A stretch of DNA of 57,145 nucleotides, the filler included, from Basidiobolus ranarum (lineage: Eukaryota), in assembly GCA_040143965.1 (NCBI GenBank). It is 2 parts of 2 records of this genome, joined end to end, with 100 filler letters (N's around TTAATTAATTAA, not from the genome) between each part and the next. Parts side by side here need not be neighbours in the genome. Positions count along the whole stretch, not along the records: positions 1 to 28,528 come from JASJQH010006989.1; 1 more part is not named here. One strand, 5' to 3'. Every line of letters starts with the position of its first letter. Position 1 is the stretch's first letter. The position numbers were made by a program, and so were the translations under genes. Positions 13,129 to 25,615 of this stretch are shown here, one piece after another. The notes beneath the pieces were generated by a model. That model did not search any database. It was not told where the DNA came from and saw nothing but the letters and a program-made list of their open reading frames with translations.

Positions 13129-14298
13129 AGTTTTTGAGTGAACATCTGGATAACCTCAGCGATCACCTTTTTGATCAAAATATAGTCACAGATATAGATT
13201 ATTACGCTCATTTCCTAGTTATGAGTACTTTGCATACGTCTCGCTCCCTCCCATATAATACTATCACATTCTATGAAATCATAAGTTGTTGGAAATACTG
13301 AAGATACGCCTAACTATTTATACTTCCCTAAAATATACCCCCAACTCTCCAATTTTGTTGAAGTTGATCTTTATTTTCTTTCCAAGAATAAATCTGCTAT
13401 TTACTGCCTTATTTTTAGACGACAATCGCTCCTTTTAATCACTCTTTTAGTCATCTTATCAAATTTAATCACTACAAATTAATCAAGCAAATTGAAAGAT
13501 CGATCGATCATGGATAAGGCGGTCGAATATTGCCCAGAGAAAGAAACTCCTTGCGTTCACTAGTTCACTAATTTATGGCCAATTGTTATCAAGTATTGGA
13601 GCAGCATTAAAGGTCAAATTTCAAACACTGAATTTCAGGGGCCAATTGGTTTCTCTCACTTTGTAGCAATTTCTTGAAGCGAATATTCGTTGAGGAAAAT
13701 ATCGAGATTAGTTACATTCATCGCCGATGAAGTGGCCAATTTAATCGATCTGCTATTCTACATCAACTAGGAACCAACGGTATCGGCGATCTTCCATAGG
13801 GATCCTTATCGACGCACGTCTCCAGTCTTCTTATTTCCTAATTTCATGGTAATGGGCCAGAGTAACAATGCAAAATACCATGGTTATATATATATATTAA
13901 ATACATCATTTATTGTTCAGTCCTTTTTTAGTAAATTATCCAGAATCTTGTCATTTTCGTCCATCCGCAACATCTAGTTGATACGTTCTCAGTTATTATA
14001 TAGTAAATCTACTTGGTATCCCAACTATGCAATACAAACGATACGCAAGTTTATAAGGAGGATGGCCGCCTCTCCCGATGAAGCTTTTCTTTGCCTAAAC
14101 AACTAAAGGAACTTAATTTATTCATTTTCCAACCCCTGTTTGACGTTCTCTACTATTTCACGTTAGCTACATACACTCAACGACATCGAATTTTCTTCGA
14201 GCAGGTCTCCACATACATCTCTCAACTACTCTTGTTGAACTTCACTAGTATATTGGAGTGTCGAAGCGAGAGAACGTAACCGATACCATTGACACGTC

Positions 14299-15640
14299 AT
14301 GAGCGATCCTTTTGGATACTTATGTGACTCAGATCCCAACTCCACGGTTAGGGAAACCCAAGAGACGAGAGACACATCACTTACGCCCCATGTAAATAAT
14401 AAGGCCTCAAACCTGACTACTCCAAAGAAGCGCACGTCTACACAACCGACAAGTACCTTTCTCACGGAATTTACGAAACGAAAAAATTGGCCACAAAAGA
14501 TTATATGTGGATTGAAAGATATATACTATGTTATCACGAACTCGAGTAAATTTATATTTTGCTCTCCGTCTTGTCAAGAATTAACTGGCTACTCCCCTGC
14601 GGAATTGGTAGGCCGAAATATTAGCGATTTCATTCATGTGGATGATATTGACCCGTTTATACGAGACCTAAATTGTGGTGCATTGAAAAAATCCTTCTCA
14701 TTATTTTACCGTTTCCGTAAGAAAGACGACAAATTCGTTATGTTAGAAGTCCAGTGTAGACCTTATTTCGTTGATGATTCCATTAATCCTACTTGTTTCT
14801 TCTGTAACGCGCGCCAATATCCTTCCAAAGCTAGTTCACTTTTAGACACTTTTCTTGAATTGAAAGTCGAGAATGAATTTCTCCGACGACGCCTAAAAGA
14901 ACATGGCCACATTACCGATGAGAGCAGCACACCGAGCACTTCAAGTACTGGAGAAGACTATTCCAATATCGATCCAACAACGCCTGCAGACAGTCAATCT
15001 CTCTCATATACAGTGAAGAAGTGCGATCCTAGCCAACGAAGCTCCATCGATTTACGTGGTGGCTCAGTTGAAAATCCTAGTCGAAATTCTGAAAGCGAGT
15101 CTGGTGTAGACGAAGACACACTCACTAAATTGAGAAAAAAGGTACACTTTATTAATATACCTTCTCCAAATACAATGTCCAAACTTCAAATGGGTTATTT
15201 TCATATTAATGTGGATATTGAAATCTCCATTTAAATTTGTAAACATATATTTTTAAGAAGTTCATGTATTTATTGTGTATATTTGAATATAATTAGAAAA
15301 AACTAAAGACTGACGAAGAGCAAGAACAACAAGAGCGTGCGTGTACGGAATGTGGAACTACCAAATCTCCCGAGTGGAGAAGAGGCTCTCAAGGCCCCAA
15401 AACGTAAGAGTACTGTTTATTATTATCATGTCGCGGTAAAAGCGTTCTGTACAAGTTTATCAAAGTAACTTGGATGAAGTTCTCCATCGATATGGTCATT
15501 TTAGTTTTATGTTATGATGGGATTTCATGGTCTTCTATGCACGGATTTTGGCCTTTACTGACTAAATTTTCCATTCTAGACTTTGCAATGCATGTGGTCT
15601 ACGATGGGCCAAAAAATCCAAGCATAAGCAACATTCATAA
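14299..15640 (+). CDS. wc-2: White collar-2-like transcription factor (PAS + GATA zinc finger); exons 14299-15141, 15297-15403, 15580-15640
   Basis: [11 protein letters not shown] before the PAS domain ([28 protein letters not shown]), [18 protein letters not shown] coil, and spliced [32 protein letters not shown] (C-x2-C-x18-C-x2-C). Confidence 0.9.
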
Positions 15641-16450
15641 GCTGCTCGAAGGGCTTTTGGACTGTAATTAGTATCATCCTTTGACAGTAATCGTCCAGTC
15701 AGTTCGAATGCTGAGGGAAGCTGTAGAAACTTTCTTCATTATGATGAATAGTGTCATAAGTTCGCCTCCTAGTATTTTGGTTCAGTGATAACATGTATTT
15801 TACCTTCTTTTATAGGATCCAATCCAGAGACCACAATAAACTCTTTCAATTGCATCTTTGTATTCTCAAAACATAATCCCAATTTCCTCTTCTTTAAGCT
15901 GCCTGATATATTGAGGCTCCGTATCGACTAGTTACTATGGCTACATTGAACCTACGACCAAACGATACGTTGACTAATCTGTTGCCGAACTCATTGGGAA
16001 TCAAGATGGAGATGATTGAGTTTAGTGCGATATTCCATCAAGTAAATGGTGGCTGAGCTTACACAAATATGCACTGCAATGCTCTCCAATCATTTTGTTC
16101 AATAAAAATTATCGATTTCGTGATTCAGAATATGGCTGAATATTTTATAATTGGCTTGATGACCATTTCCATCTTTTAGATTGTGTGTGAAGTATCTATT
16201 CTTCAGCGTAAAATATGGCAATTATCTCTGTAGAAAAAAACCTAGAAGCCACTATTTCTAATTTTAGTGTGATTCCTATTGTGCTACTTTGAATATTTCT
16301 TGTATAACTGTCGAATCCATTATCTACCCGAGGGTGAATAGAACGTCAGGGCCTTTATTGGGATTATTCTCTTTCAGTATCTTGAGTTTTTAATCGAAAT
16401 CTCTTAACCATTCGTTCTAAACTTACTCCATTAAAAACGTTAATTTTGTC

Positions 16451-19013
16451 ATGGTATTTACCATATACAACCTGGCTTTGAATCTCTTTTGGCTCATCGT
16501 CAAGATTTTCTTCAGAGATATTAGTCAAAGAGGAGCTCACAAAATTCCTAAAAATGGCCCAGTCTTTTTTGTTGCCGGGCCTCATGCTAATCAGGTTTCT
16601 TATTCTTTTGTATAGTGACAGAAAGTACACATGACTAACTCTATTCTTATAGTTCTTGGATCCACTCTTGTTACTTTTCCATAGTCCTCGTCCTATAAGT
16701 TTTCTTATGGCTGCTTCATCTATGAGCCGTAAATATGTGGGGGCATTCGGTCGTTCTATTAACTCAAGTATTTGGTTTTCCTGAAATTTTCTTGCAAAAA
16801 AGTGACTTTACTCATATTTGGATGTTATCGTAAATTAGTCCCAGTCTCCAGAGCACAAGATTATGCCAAAAAAGGTACAGGCAGCATTCAGCTTTTAGAT
16901 CGTTATAATGATCCTACACGTATCACTGGTATTGGTACCAAGTTTACCTCAGAGATCGAGATTGGTGGGACCATTGCTTTACCAAATAGTGTTGGTGCTT
17001 CAGTTGTTGATGAGATCATCTCCGACACTGAACTTGTGGTCAAAAAGGAATTTAAAGAACTCAAAGCGCTTGAACTGCTCACTGCCAGCGAGGGTACAAA
17101 ATTCAAAATAATCCCTCACCTTGATCAATCTCAAGTATACAAAGCGGTACACGATCGTTTAAACGAAGACGGATGTGTTGGTATCTTCCCTGAAGGTGGT
17201 TCTCATGATCGTGCTGAAATGCTCCCTTTGAAAGGTATTTAGATTTCTCTAACGAAATTATTCAACAACATCCTTTCTAATCAAACGAATTTTCGTAACT
17301 TTAGTTGGAGTTGCTATCATGGCTTTGGGCGCCATGGCTGAAAACCCTGGTTTAAATGTAAAGATTGTCCCTTGTGGTGCGTAAATTTTCTAACACTGAA
17401 AATCTCGTTGCAATTTTACTCATTAAGAATATCTTTAGGGTTGAACTATTTCCATCCTCATCGTTTTCGTTCTAGAGCCGTAGTAGAATTTGGAGATCCG
17501 TTGACTATACCTCGTAATTTAGTTGAACAATTTAAAGAAGGTGGCGCTGCTAAAAGAGAGGCCATCGGCAAATTTATGGACACTATTTCTAATGCGCTCA
17601 AGAGCGTTACCATTAATGCACCAGACTATGAAACACTAATGGTATATTAGCTAATTCATAGATAGACATGATCAAATGAGAGCATTAACACCAACGCTGA
17701 TTTCCTTAGGTTATTCAAGCAGGAAGACGACTTTACAAACCGGCCCATCGCAAACTTCGTACTACACAAGTGGTTAATCTAACTCGCAAGTTTGTTGCTG
17801 GATATCTTCACTTCAAAGATGAACCCGCCTTAAAAGATTTCCGTAACCGAGTTTTGGCGTACAACCGACTTCTCAGGGATCATGGTTTAAGAGATCATCA
17901 AGTGAAAAAGATGCAAATGAGTTTTAATCGCGCATTATTGCTGTTCACTTCGAAATTGCTTACCATTGGTATCATGGCTCTGATCGCATTGCCAGGGTAT
18001 ATTTTTTATTATGAGGGATTTCATCACGGCCATTACTAAACATCGTTCTGATCTAGTGCCGTTCTAAATGCTCCTATTGGAATTATCGCCAAGATCATCA
18101 GTAACAAAAAGGCCAAAGGTTCATTATTTTCTTTAGAACTGACATTGTAGTAGTCCAAAGTGAACTAATACATATTGAATGCTTACAGAGGCTCTTAAAA
18201 ACTCCACCGTTAAGATTGCCGGACGGGATGTATTAGCTACTTGGAAAGTTCTCGTTGGATTGTTCTTAATCCCTACCTTCTATTGGATCTATACTTTCAT
18301 CATGTTATATGTTGCCATTCGTTTACAGTGGCCACTTTTCTGGAAGATCTTTGCGCCAATCCTTACATTTACGCTTCTACCATTTATCAGTTATGCCAGT
18401 GTGCGCTTTGGAGAGACAGGATTAGATCTATTCAGGTAAATGAAGGATTTTTATAAGCGGTATCTTTCTATTGTTCTCACTCCCCCCTTTTCCCAGATCA
18501 ATGCGTCCACTTTTCTTTGCACTATTTCCTGGTTCTAATCAACGTGCCAAAACATTACCCGTCATCCGAGAGGAGCTTTCCAATGATATCACTTTGTTGA
18601 TCAATGAGTTTGGCCCTCAGCTATTCCCAGATTTTGATCCCGATAGAATAGCTAATGGCTCTTCCCCAGGCACCCCAGGTACTCCAGGAACCCCCAAGGG
18701 TCGTAAAGCCTGGATCATGTCACCTATGGAATTCTTAAACGATAGTATCTTCAGTTGGGAGAATGTTGGAGAGAATGAAATAGATGATGATGTATTCTTC
18801 TTCCGAGATGGAACTGACGGTAAAGTGAAGGGAAAATCTAGAAATGGAAGTTCCTCAGTTAGTCGAACTGGAAGTCATGTAGATCTTACAAGTCTTAATT
18901 TAAGTTTCAATCCTCTTACCAAACGTAATAAGGATACCTTGGAGATTCCTTCGATGACATTTTCTAATTCTAAATCTTCATCAACTGAGTATGAAGAGAA
19001 AAAGGTGATCTAG
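16451..19013 (+). CDS. SCT1: Glycerol-3-phosphate/DHAP O-acyltransferase (Sct1/Gpt2 family), multi-exon
   Basis: ATG 16451; GPHANQFLDP (HxxxxD), IPVSRAQD, GIFPEGGSHDR, VPCGLNYFHPHRFRSRAVVEFG, GRDVLATWK. SCT1 versus GPT2 cannot be resolved. Confidence 0.92.
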
Positions 19014-19079
19014 AGTTTTAATACGAAAGTCCCATAATTTTCAATATATTCATTGTTCTTGTTGCATACTCATCTATCA

Positions 19080-19168
19080 TGTTTAAACCAACCCCTTTTT
19101 AATCGACTAAAAGAAATCCTTGTTTAAACCGTCCCTTTTTAATCAACTAAAAGAAGTTCATGTTTAAA
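19080..19168. repeat. ~41-bp tandem duplication (2 copies + partial) downstream of the acyltransferase
   Basis: tgtttaaaccaaccctttttaatcgactaaaagaa / tgtttaaaccgtccctttttaatcaactaaaagaa / tgtttaaa. Confidence 0.85.
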
Positions 19169-20248
19169 TTCGCTCAAGTTAAAGATCTCGTTTAGTAGGC
19201 TCAACATCCGATGTTACTGAATTTACTGACCATCATCATCATAAAAGATACACTTGTATTAACAGCTTGCATATTTTCACCAACCCAACGTGACATCAAT
19301 GTCCACATGGATATAAATACTAAATACTTCATGTGCTGCTTAACTACATATGACCTAAATCAAACAATGTTCGATGAAGATTCGTAGCATATGGGGGGTG
19401 GAGTGAAGAGAGGTGGGGTAGGGTAGGGTTAATTTCAACAATACCTTTGCATCAACAGTAAGCTTAATCTCATAACGTTGGCTTGTAATCCATAAGACAG
19501 TATCATGATTTTGTGTGATGATCGTCATTGATCATTTACCTCATTTAGATAATCAACTATAAATATCAAGACGTGTAGTTCTAGATCAATATTCAGATAA
19601 GGTGAGATTGTTCATTGATCATTTAGCCTCGAAATATTAGTGTTTGTTAATGTAAACGAACTGTAGCTGAATTGTAGTCTCATTGATCTTAACAATTACG
19701 CATAAACTAACAACGAATATGCACCCAAAATCATCACGAGAGCTTCCACTCCACGCCAAGCAAACCATATGCACTAGAAGCGTGGGGAAGGTGAACTTGG
19801 CTTATGACATAGCTTTAGCTTCTTGGATATTAGATAATACACAACACAACACGAACATGACTAACACTTTCGAAATACCGAGTCAAATCTCATTTTCTAT
19901 CAGACATATCATTACCACCCTCCCACACACGCCATCATCTTACCAAAGTACAAGCTAGTCTAACATCTAGTTTACGGTCTCATTAGAAAGGGATGGAAGT
20001 CGGCTACGTACTCTAGTATTTAAGAGAATATTCTCCTGAAAAAGATTATTAATAAAATTAAGTGTCATGTCACCTATGCTGCATATATTGACGTTAACTA
20101 GTCTAAATGAGAGAAATATATATCCCTATTCTAGTCAAGACCCAACGACTCGTCTTAAGACACCTCCTGAGATGGAGAACAAATTTCCGTACAGATGTAT
20201 ATCCTAACAGAAATTTCAACGATTTGACTGTTTTTCTGCCTTCTTGCA

Positions 20249-20290
20249 CTACCTTACATGGACTACCTTACATGGACTACCTTACATGGA
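20249..20290. repeat. 14-bp perfect tandem repeat x3
   Basis: (ctaccttacatgga)3. Confidence 0.95.
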
Positions 20291-20809
20291 ATAACGTTAT
20301 TGAGATATCTCACAAAACATAAATACAAGCTGCATTTCAAAGGTTGATGTGATGCATTTGGTTCATTTCAGTTTTCATTTAAACTCGTATGGATGTAAGG
20401 AATCTGTGGTGGAATGCTTATCCGTGCATCAATGAAAAGATCCATAGCAGCCTACAGTTACGATCCAAACCAACATAAACATTGGAGATGTTACTACTGT
20501 TTAATGAGGATCCAGAAGCAAGGAGTGATTAGTTCATGCCGATGTTAGGTCCTGGAAAATACTTCTGTTTGGGCTACAGTTTGTTGGGATTTTGTTGATA
20601 AATCCGGTTTTCAGGAAGTCACCCAGATTGCTTTTAAATACCTGCTTCATCCGAGATCATTTTCACTATTGAAGCTTACAATCCTCTGTTCGCGAAACTC
20701 CTTCCCATTCTATATTCGCATTAAATTATTCCCCACCACTATCCCTTTGCTGTATTTGCAAATACAGATACAACGACCTAGATATCGCTACCTTATATAT
20801 ATCCAACCA

Positions 20810-22334
20810 ATGACTATTATCGACAACGACCATTACATCCTGAATGCCATACTGAATGGGGCTGGACAAGATCAACCGGATAACATTTCCAAAGACACAG
20901 ACGAGCAATCTGGCTACATGTATTCCCCAGAAGAGCTTGAACTGGTTGAAACCTTTGATGGACACGGCAGCTTCCATTTCCTAGCCGAAGAGCACGAGCT
21001 ATCGTTAGAAGAGAACTTTGACGAGAGTGATATCCAGAATTTACTTGATCATCATCAATCAGAAGCCCTAGAGCTTTGGAATGACTCCCAAACTGACGAG
21101 CCAGTACGACCAGTCTCAACCAAAGTGGAGATTGTAACCAAATCTAGCAAAGAATTCTTAAGTAAACTACAGTACTCCCAAAGAAATGAGATCTCAGGAG
21201 ACCTACTGTCAATAGAAAACGAGCTGGCCATGTTTGAAAATGGGTTTGATACCACCGAAGCTGCCGATATGGTCCAGTCTCAACAGAATGACTTGATGGA
21301 GCACCTTGGAAATGTCAAGCATTCAACATCTAGGGAACCACCTATTAATTACTCTTCTTACAAGTATGGAAAAGATGGAAATCAATTATCACGGAAGCCC
21401 ATTGCATCCCCATCTGACTCCCCGGAAAATGAAAGTTACTCCTATGAAGACGGTGCTTCTATGTCACCTGATTGCGCTCTGGCAACGCTTCAGCAGAATA
21501 TGGGTTACTATAATAGCAGTCCTACCACCTCAGCAGTAGACCAATTTGGGAACCCCTATCATGGAGAGACACAAATCCCGCCCAACCATCCTTTACAATA
21601 TGAATTCCTAGAACATGAGGCGCAGAAGACAGCCTATGAAATGTATGCCAAGCAAGCTTACATGAACAACTCGCAAAGTGGGCACCCTAATGTTCCACTT
21701 AATATGGAGGTTTGTTGACACTTTATGATTGTGTTTTTAGTTAATGATACTTACAAGCGTTGATTTGTTTCTACAGAACATGGAAGCGTACATGAATAGT
21801 CATCCACAAGCTAGACAAATGAATTATTATCTTCAACAATTTGGTCAAAATTATGAGTATGATTCCAGCTCTAATCCCTCACCCTCTGAGCTTCACCCAT
21901 ACTTATCTCTTCAACATGGAGATATGAAGTCTTGGTACGCAATGGGTCATCAACACTATCACCCCTATGCCCCATATCCAATGCACGGATACTCTCATGC
22001 TGGAGCTAGCCATGCTAATTCTATGGGCCATACTCATTCTGCACACCTGGCTAAAGGTGGTAGAAATGACGATATCGCATCTAAGCGTGCCGCCAAGGTT
22101 CAGAAAAAGAAAAATGTGGGCCGGGCCTGTGTACATTGTAAAAAGGCACACTTGGCTTGTGACGAATCTCGACCCTGCAAGCGCTGCGTACATTTGGGGA
22201 AGAGCTTTTGCGTTGATGTAGAACACAAACGACGTGGTCGTCCAAAGTTGTCAACCAACAAGAAGAATACATCTATTCCAAAGGAATCTTCGTATATCAT
22301 GGAACCACAGAATGCTTCATTAGAGACTTTGTAA
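20810..22334 (+). CDS. Zn(II)2Cys6 transcription factor with C-terminal zinc cluster and AT-hook; exons 20810-21709, 21777-22334
   Basis: RACVHCKKAHLACDESRPCKRCVHLGKSFC followed by KRRGRPK; long acidic, Q/Y/H-rich N-terminal region; one GT-AG intron. Confidence 0.9.
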
Positions 22335-23305
22335 GCATTTTAAAGCATATTATGATTGAATACGCAACTATACCAGTCAACCCCACCCCCCACTTTTACT
22401 CTTTAATGCACCCGCTAACTTGACACTGAAATAATCTGCACTTGGCCCAGTAGTCTCCGACAGTATATCAATATTCCATGAGCTATTTCCACCTTTCTTC
22501 TCTCTTTCTTCTTACCTTTGTATATATGAATATATAGCTCATTTGATCCGCTGGTAATTTCACTTATTTATTCTCTTGCTCACTCCACTCCCCATCTCAG
22601 TTCTTTATTCATAATTTCTTTTTCAATGTGATTTAAATAACTTATGCTAATATCTCACTTCATTACCGGGTAAAGAAAAGGATATTCTCTTCATTATGCT
22701 AGATATATGCTTCGGTTTTTCTGTTTATATATTGGTAAAGTGACAATTCCAAAAGAGCAGCATGTTTGAGACTATCACAGATGCGCTCAAGATTAGAATA
22801 TGAAAATTGTGAATCTTGTGACATTTCTTATTGCGACGACCCTTACACCCATTACTTCCAGCACCAAAAAGGTTGGAATGAGCACTGATATGGATCCTTA
22901 CTAGGCATATATTTGGTTAGATTGCTAAATTTATACATATCTGTACAGACTGTGGGCTTACGTACTACAAATATCTCTCACATGGACTGCTACTTAAGTG
23001 ACTTTACTGTAAACAGAAGCAACCTCGATCTAGCTCTTGATCACATTTGCATTATTACAGATGCATGAGGTGCCACTTGCAAATAAATACATGCCTAAAT
23101 TGGACTTTCTGGAGAGAAATGATGGGAAGTTATCACCATTTACTATTGACGAATCGAGCATAAAGTATTAAACTAATTGGACTATACAGAAAATATGGAA
23201 GGGGGTCTATACAAAGCAATGAACATAATCAGATGTAGACTGAAGTACAATACGACATATAGTATACAAAATATTACAGTTTGGACAAGATAAGTGATTC
23301 CATCC

Positions 23306-25015
23306 TTATTCGGGGTCACTCGTATCTGAAAGTAATAGACTTGAAATAGGCTTACGACGATTCGAGATAATACTCCAGTTGGAAGTGGTAGGATTCTCCT
23401 CTGAAATGGCCCCGAAAATGTCCACATCTTTAGTTAGAAATGACTCGATGGACTCTATAGTTCCATCGACATCAAACATAGACTCTTCTGCAAACGAGCC
23501 GAAATCCTGTTCATGCTCTACGAAACTAGTCCTGTGGCTCTCCAAAGCTTCCTCCCTCTGCATCGAGGAGATCTGACCAAGAGATTTGGGGGCTTTCTCA
23601 TCCTTGATATCAGGGGTTTTATCTTGCGTATCGTCGATCACTATATCACTCGGTGTTGGAGGCTCACACTGTTTGTAATAATCTTGAATAAAATCTAAGT
23701 CAACTGGATCTGTACTAGCGGCATTGTTATTACATAGCTTTGAAGGAGATGTTAGTAGAAGATATAAAGGAGGCCTTCATCAAATATAAACGCTACCTCT
23801 GAGAGATTCGACAGTCCAAACCGATCCTGATGAGAATTTACGATGGGCTAAGATTGAGGGAAACGTGAGTGAGAATTTCATTTTTTACGTTCATTACGTT
23901 AGTGCTTACCTCCGCTTTGGGTGGAGTTACTTTCGTCTCTTCTGTTTCTTCTGAATCCATCTAAATTTTACCAACAAATGATGAGTGACATATTCACAAT
24001 TAAAATGATTCTGGAAATGCTTTCAACAAACCTTTTTTCTCAATTTAGATGGATTTCCATATGTATCGGAGTCGGAAGAAAGAGATATCCTTCTCTTATT
24101 AGATTTGGCAACAGGTGATAAAGGTGGTGAAGAAGGTAACGCCGAAGGGAGTGAATTGCAAGCGGATAAATCATTCCAACTAGAAGATATCATCTCTGGT
24201 TGCTTTTTGGAAGTGGTTTCATGTGCTCGAAGGTTGGGTGAAGTTCTCAGTTGAGGGGAAGCATGTGCAACTTCTTCGTGTATTAACTCTACTTCTGTGG
24301 AAACAGTATTACATGTTAACAAGGGTTCTGTCATCACTTTAGGTGAATCTTCTTGAATATCAATAGAGGTCCAGGAATCACGAATGGGATCGTAAACAAG
24401 ACTTGAAGGTAGTGGTTTTATGTCTTCACTCTGAACCGTAATTGACGGCTCGGGATACATAAACCGTGAAGAGGGGGAATTTTCGCTTTTTGAAACCAAG
24501 CCCTTGGATTCTGGCAACTCTTCACTTGGTATTAAGACTGTCGATGCTGGGAATTGTGAGCAAAGTACTCTAGGCCTAAAGGTTCTTTGTGAGGGAAGTT
24601 CGTCAACTACATAAGAGTGAAAGCCATTATTCGGTTCATTTGAGTGGGTTGATAGTATAGGATGATGTAATAAGTGACTAGTGGGTGTAAGTAAACCGCT
24701 AGCTTGACTCCTATTCTGAACATTACCAATTCGATAAATATCACGCACATCTTGTAAAGTATTTGGTGTTTTAAAAGGAGTAAAGGCACTTCTTCGAGAA
24801 GCAAAAATTGGAGTAGGAGAATTGGAGCTTTGCGGCGGCATTCTACGAACAACATCCTGCTCAGGAGGGCTCGGAAAAGCAGCCGCTGAAGGGTTCACGA
24901 AGTTTGATAATAATTCTTTATGAGAGGGACGTGAACGCGGGTGTAAATGAATAGGGGAATTTAAAGGTTGCTGAGTTCTTGGGATCTCTTGAAAGTAAGC
25001 TGAATCAGGAAGCAT
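23306..25015 (-). CDS. Hypothetical S/P-rich, probably disordered nuclear protein (about 4 exons)
   Basis: 330-aa first ORF joined through GT-AG introns to short exons (MDSEETEETKVTPPKAE; PIVNSHQDRFGLSNLSE) and an acidic last exon; many S/T-P sites and basic NLS-like patches; no family recognised. Confidence 0.7.
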
Positions 25016-25615
25016 AGTATATGCAGGACTTTAGTTTGAAAAGTCTCTTCCGTGGTTATCTGGTTCAGGTAAGTAATATAGGACTTTGTAGAGTAAGTAT
25101 ATACTAAGCTAATTATGATTAAAGTGATTAGAAGTATAAAACGTGATACTAATTAATTCCGCGGTTCTCATTTCTGGGGAAGTTCTTTTAGAACAGTTAA
25201 TGGAAATCTGTAAGGTAATTTGATCTAGGCTGATACGGTCATTTAAAAGGATTGGTGGGAAAATATTCGAGATTTCAAAGTGATGGTACCCTTTGAAACA
25301 CAAAATGGATGGAACTTGGGCGCGTAATTCTTACATCCTAATTCAGAAATTATATCCGAAAATTGAGTATAATAATATAGCATAGCCTGACCACTATATG
25401 ATATTTAAAATGCAAACTTTTATGATAATTACAATCCAATTTTTCTGAAAAATCTTAATTCATTGGTTCACACATACATAAAATTTATACGCATTTGGGG
25501 TGCAGTGAAAACTCCCTCAAATTCAGTAGGCGCGTGGAGGTTTCTTCGTAAATTCGATAGTCTTGGTTATCCATAGTAGGTGGGTTTTAGAAAGGTAGAT
25601 TCACAGATCAAAAAG

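Noticed and set aside
19080-19168. CRISPR-like appearance of short direct repeats (also 34774-34844)
   Set aside because: Head-to-tail repeats without unique spacers, eukaryotic context, no cas genes.
25064-25078. Minus-strand TACTTACCTG resembling the U1 snRNA 5' end
   Set aside because: No U1 stem-loops or Sm site follow; it is simply the complement of a CAGGTAAGTA sequence.
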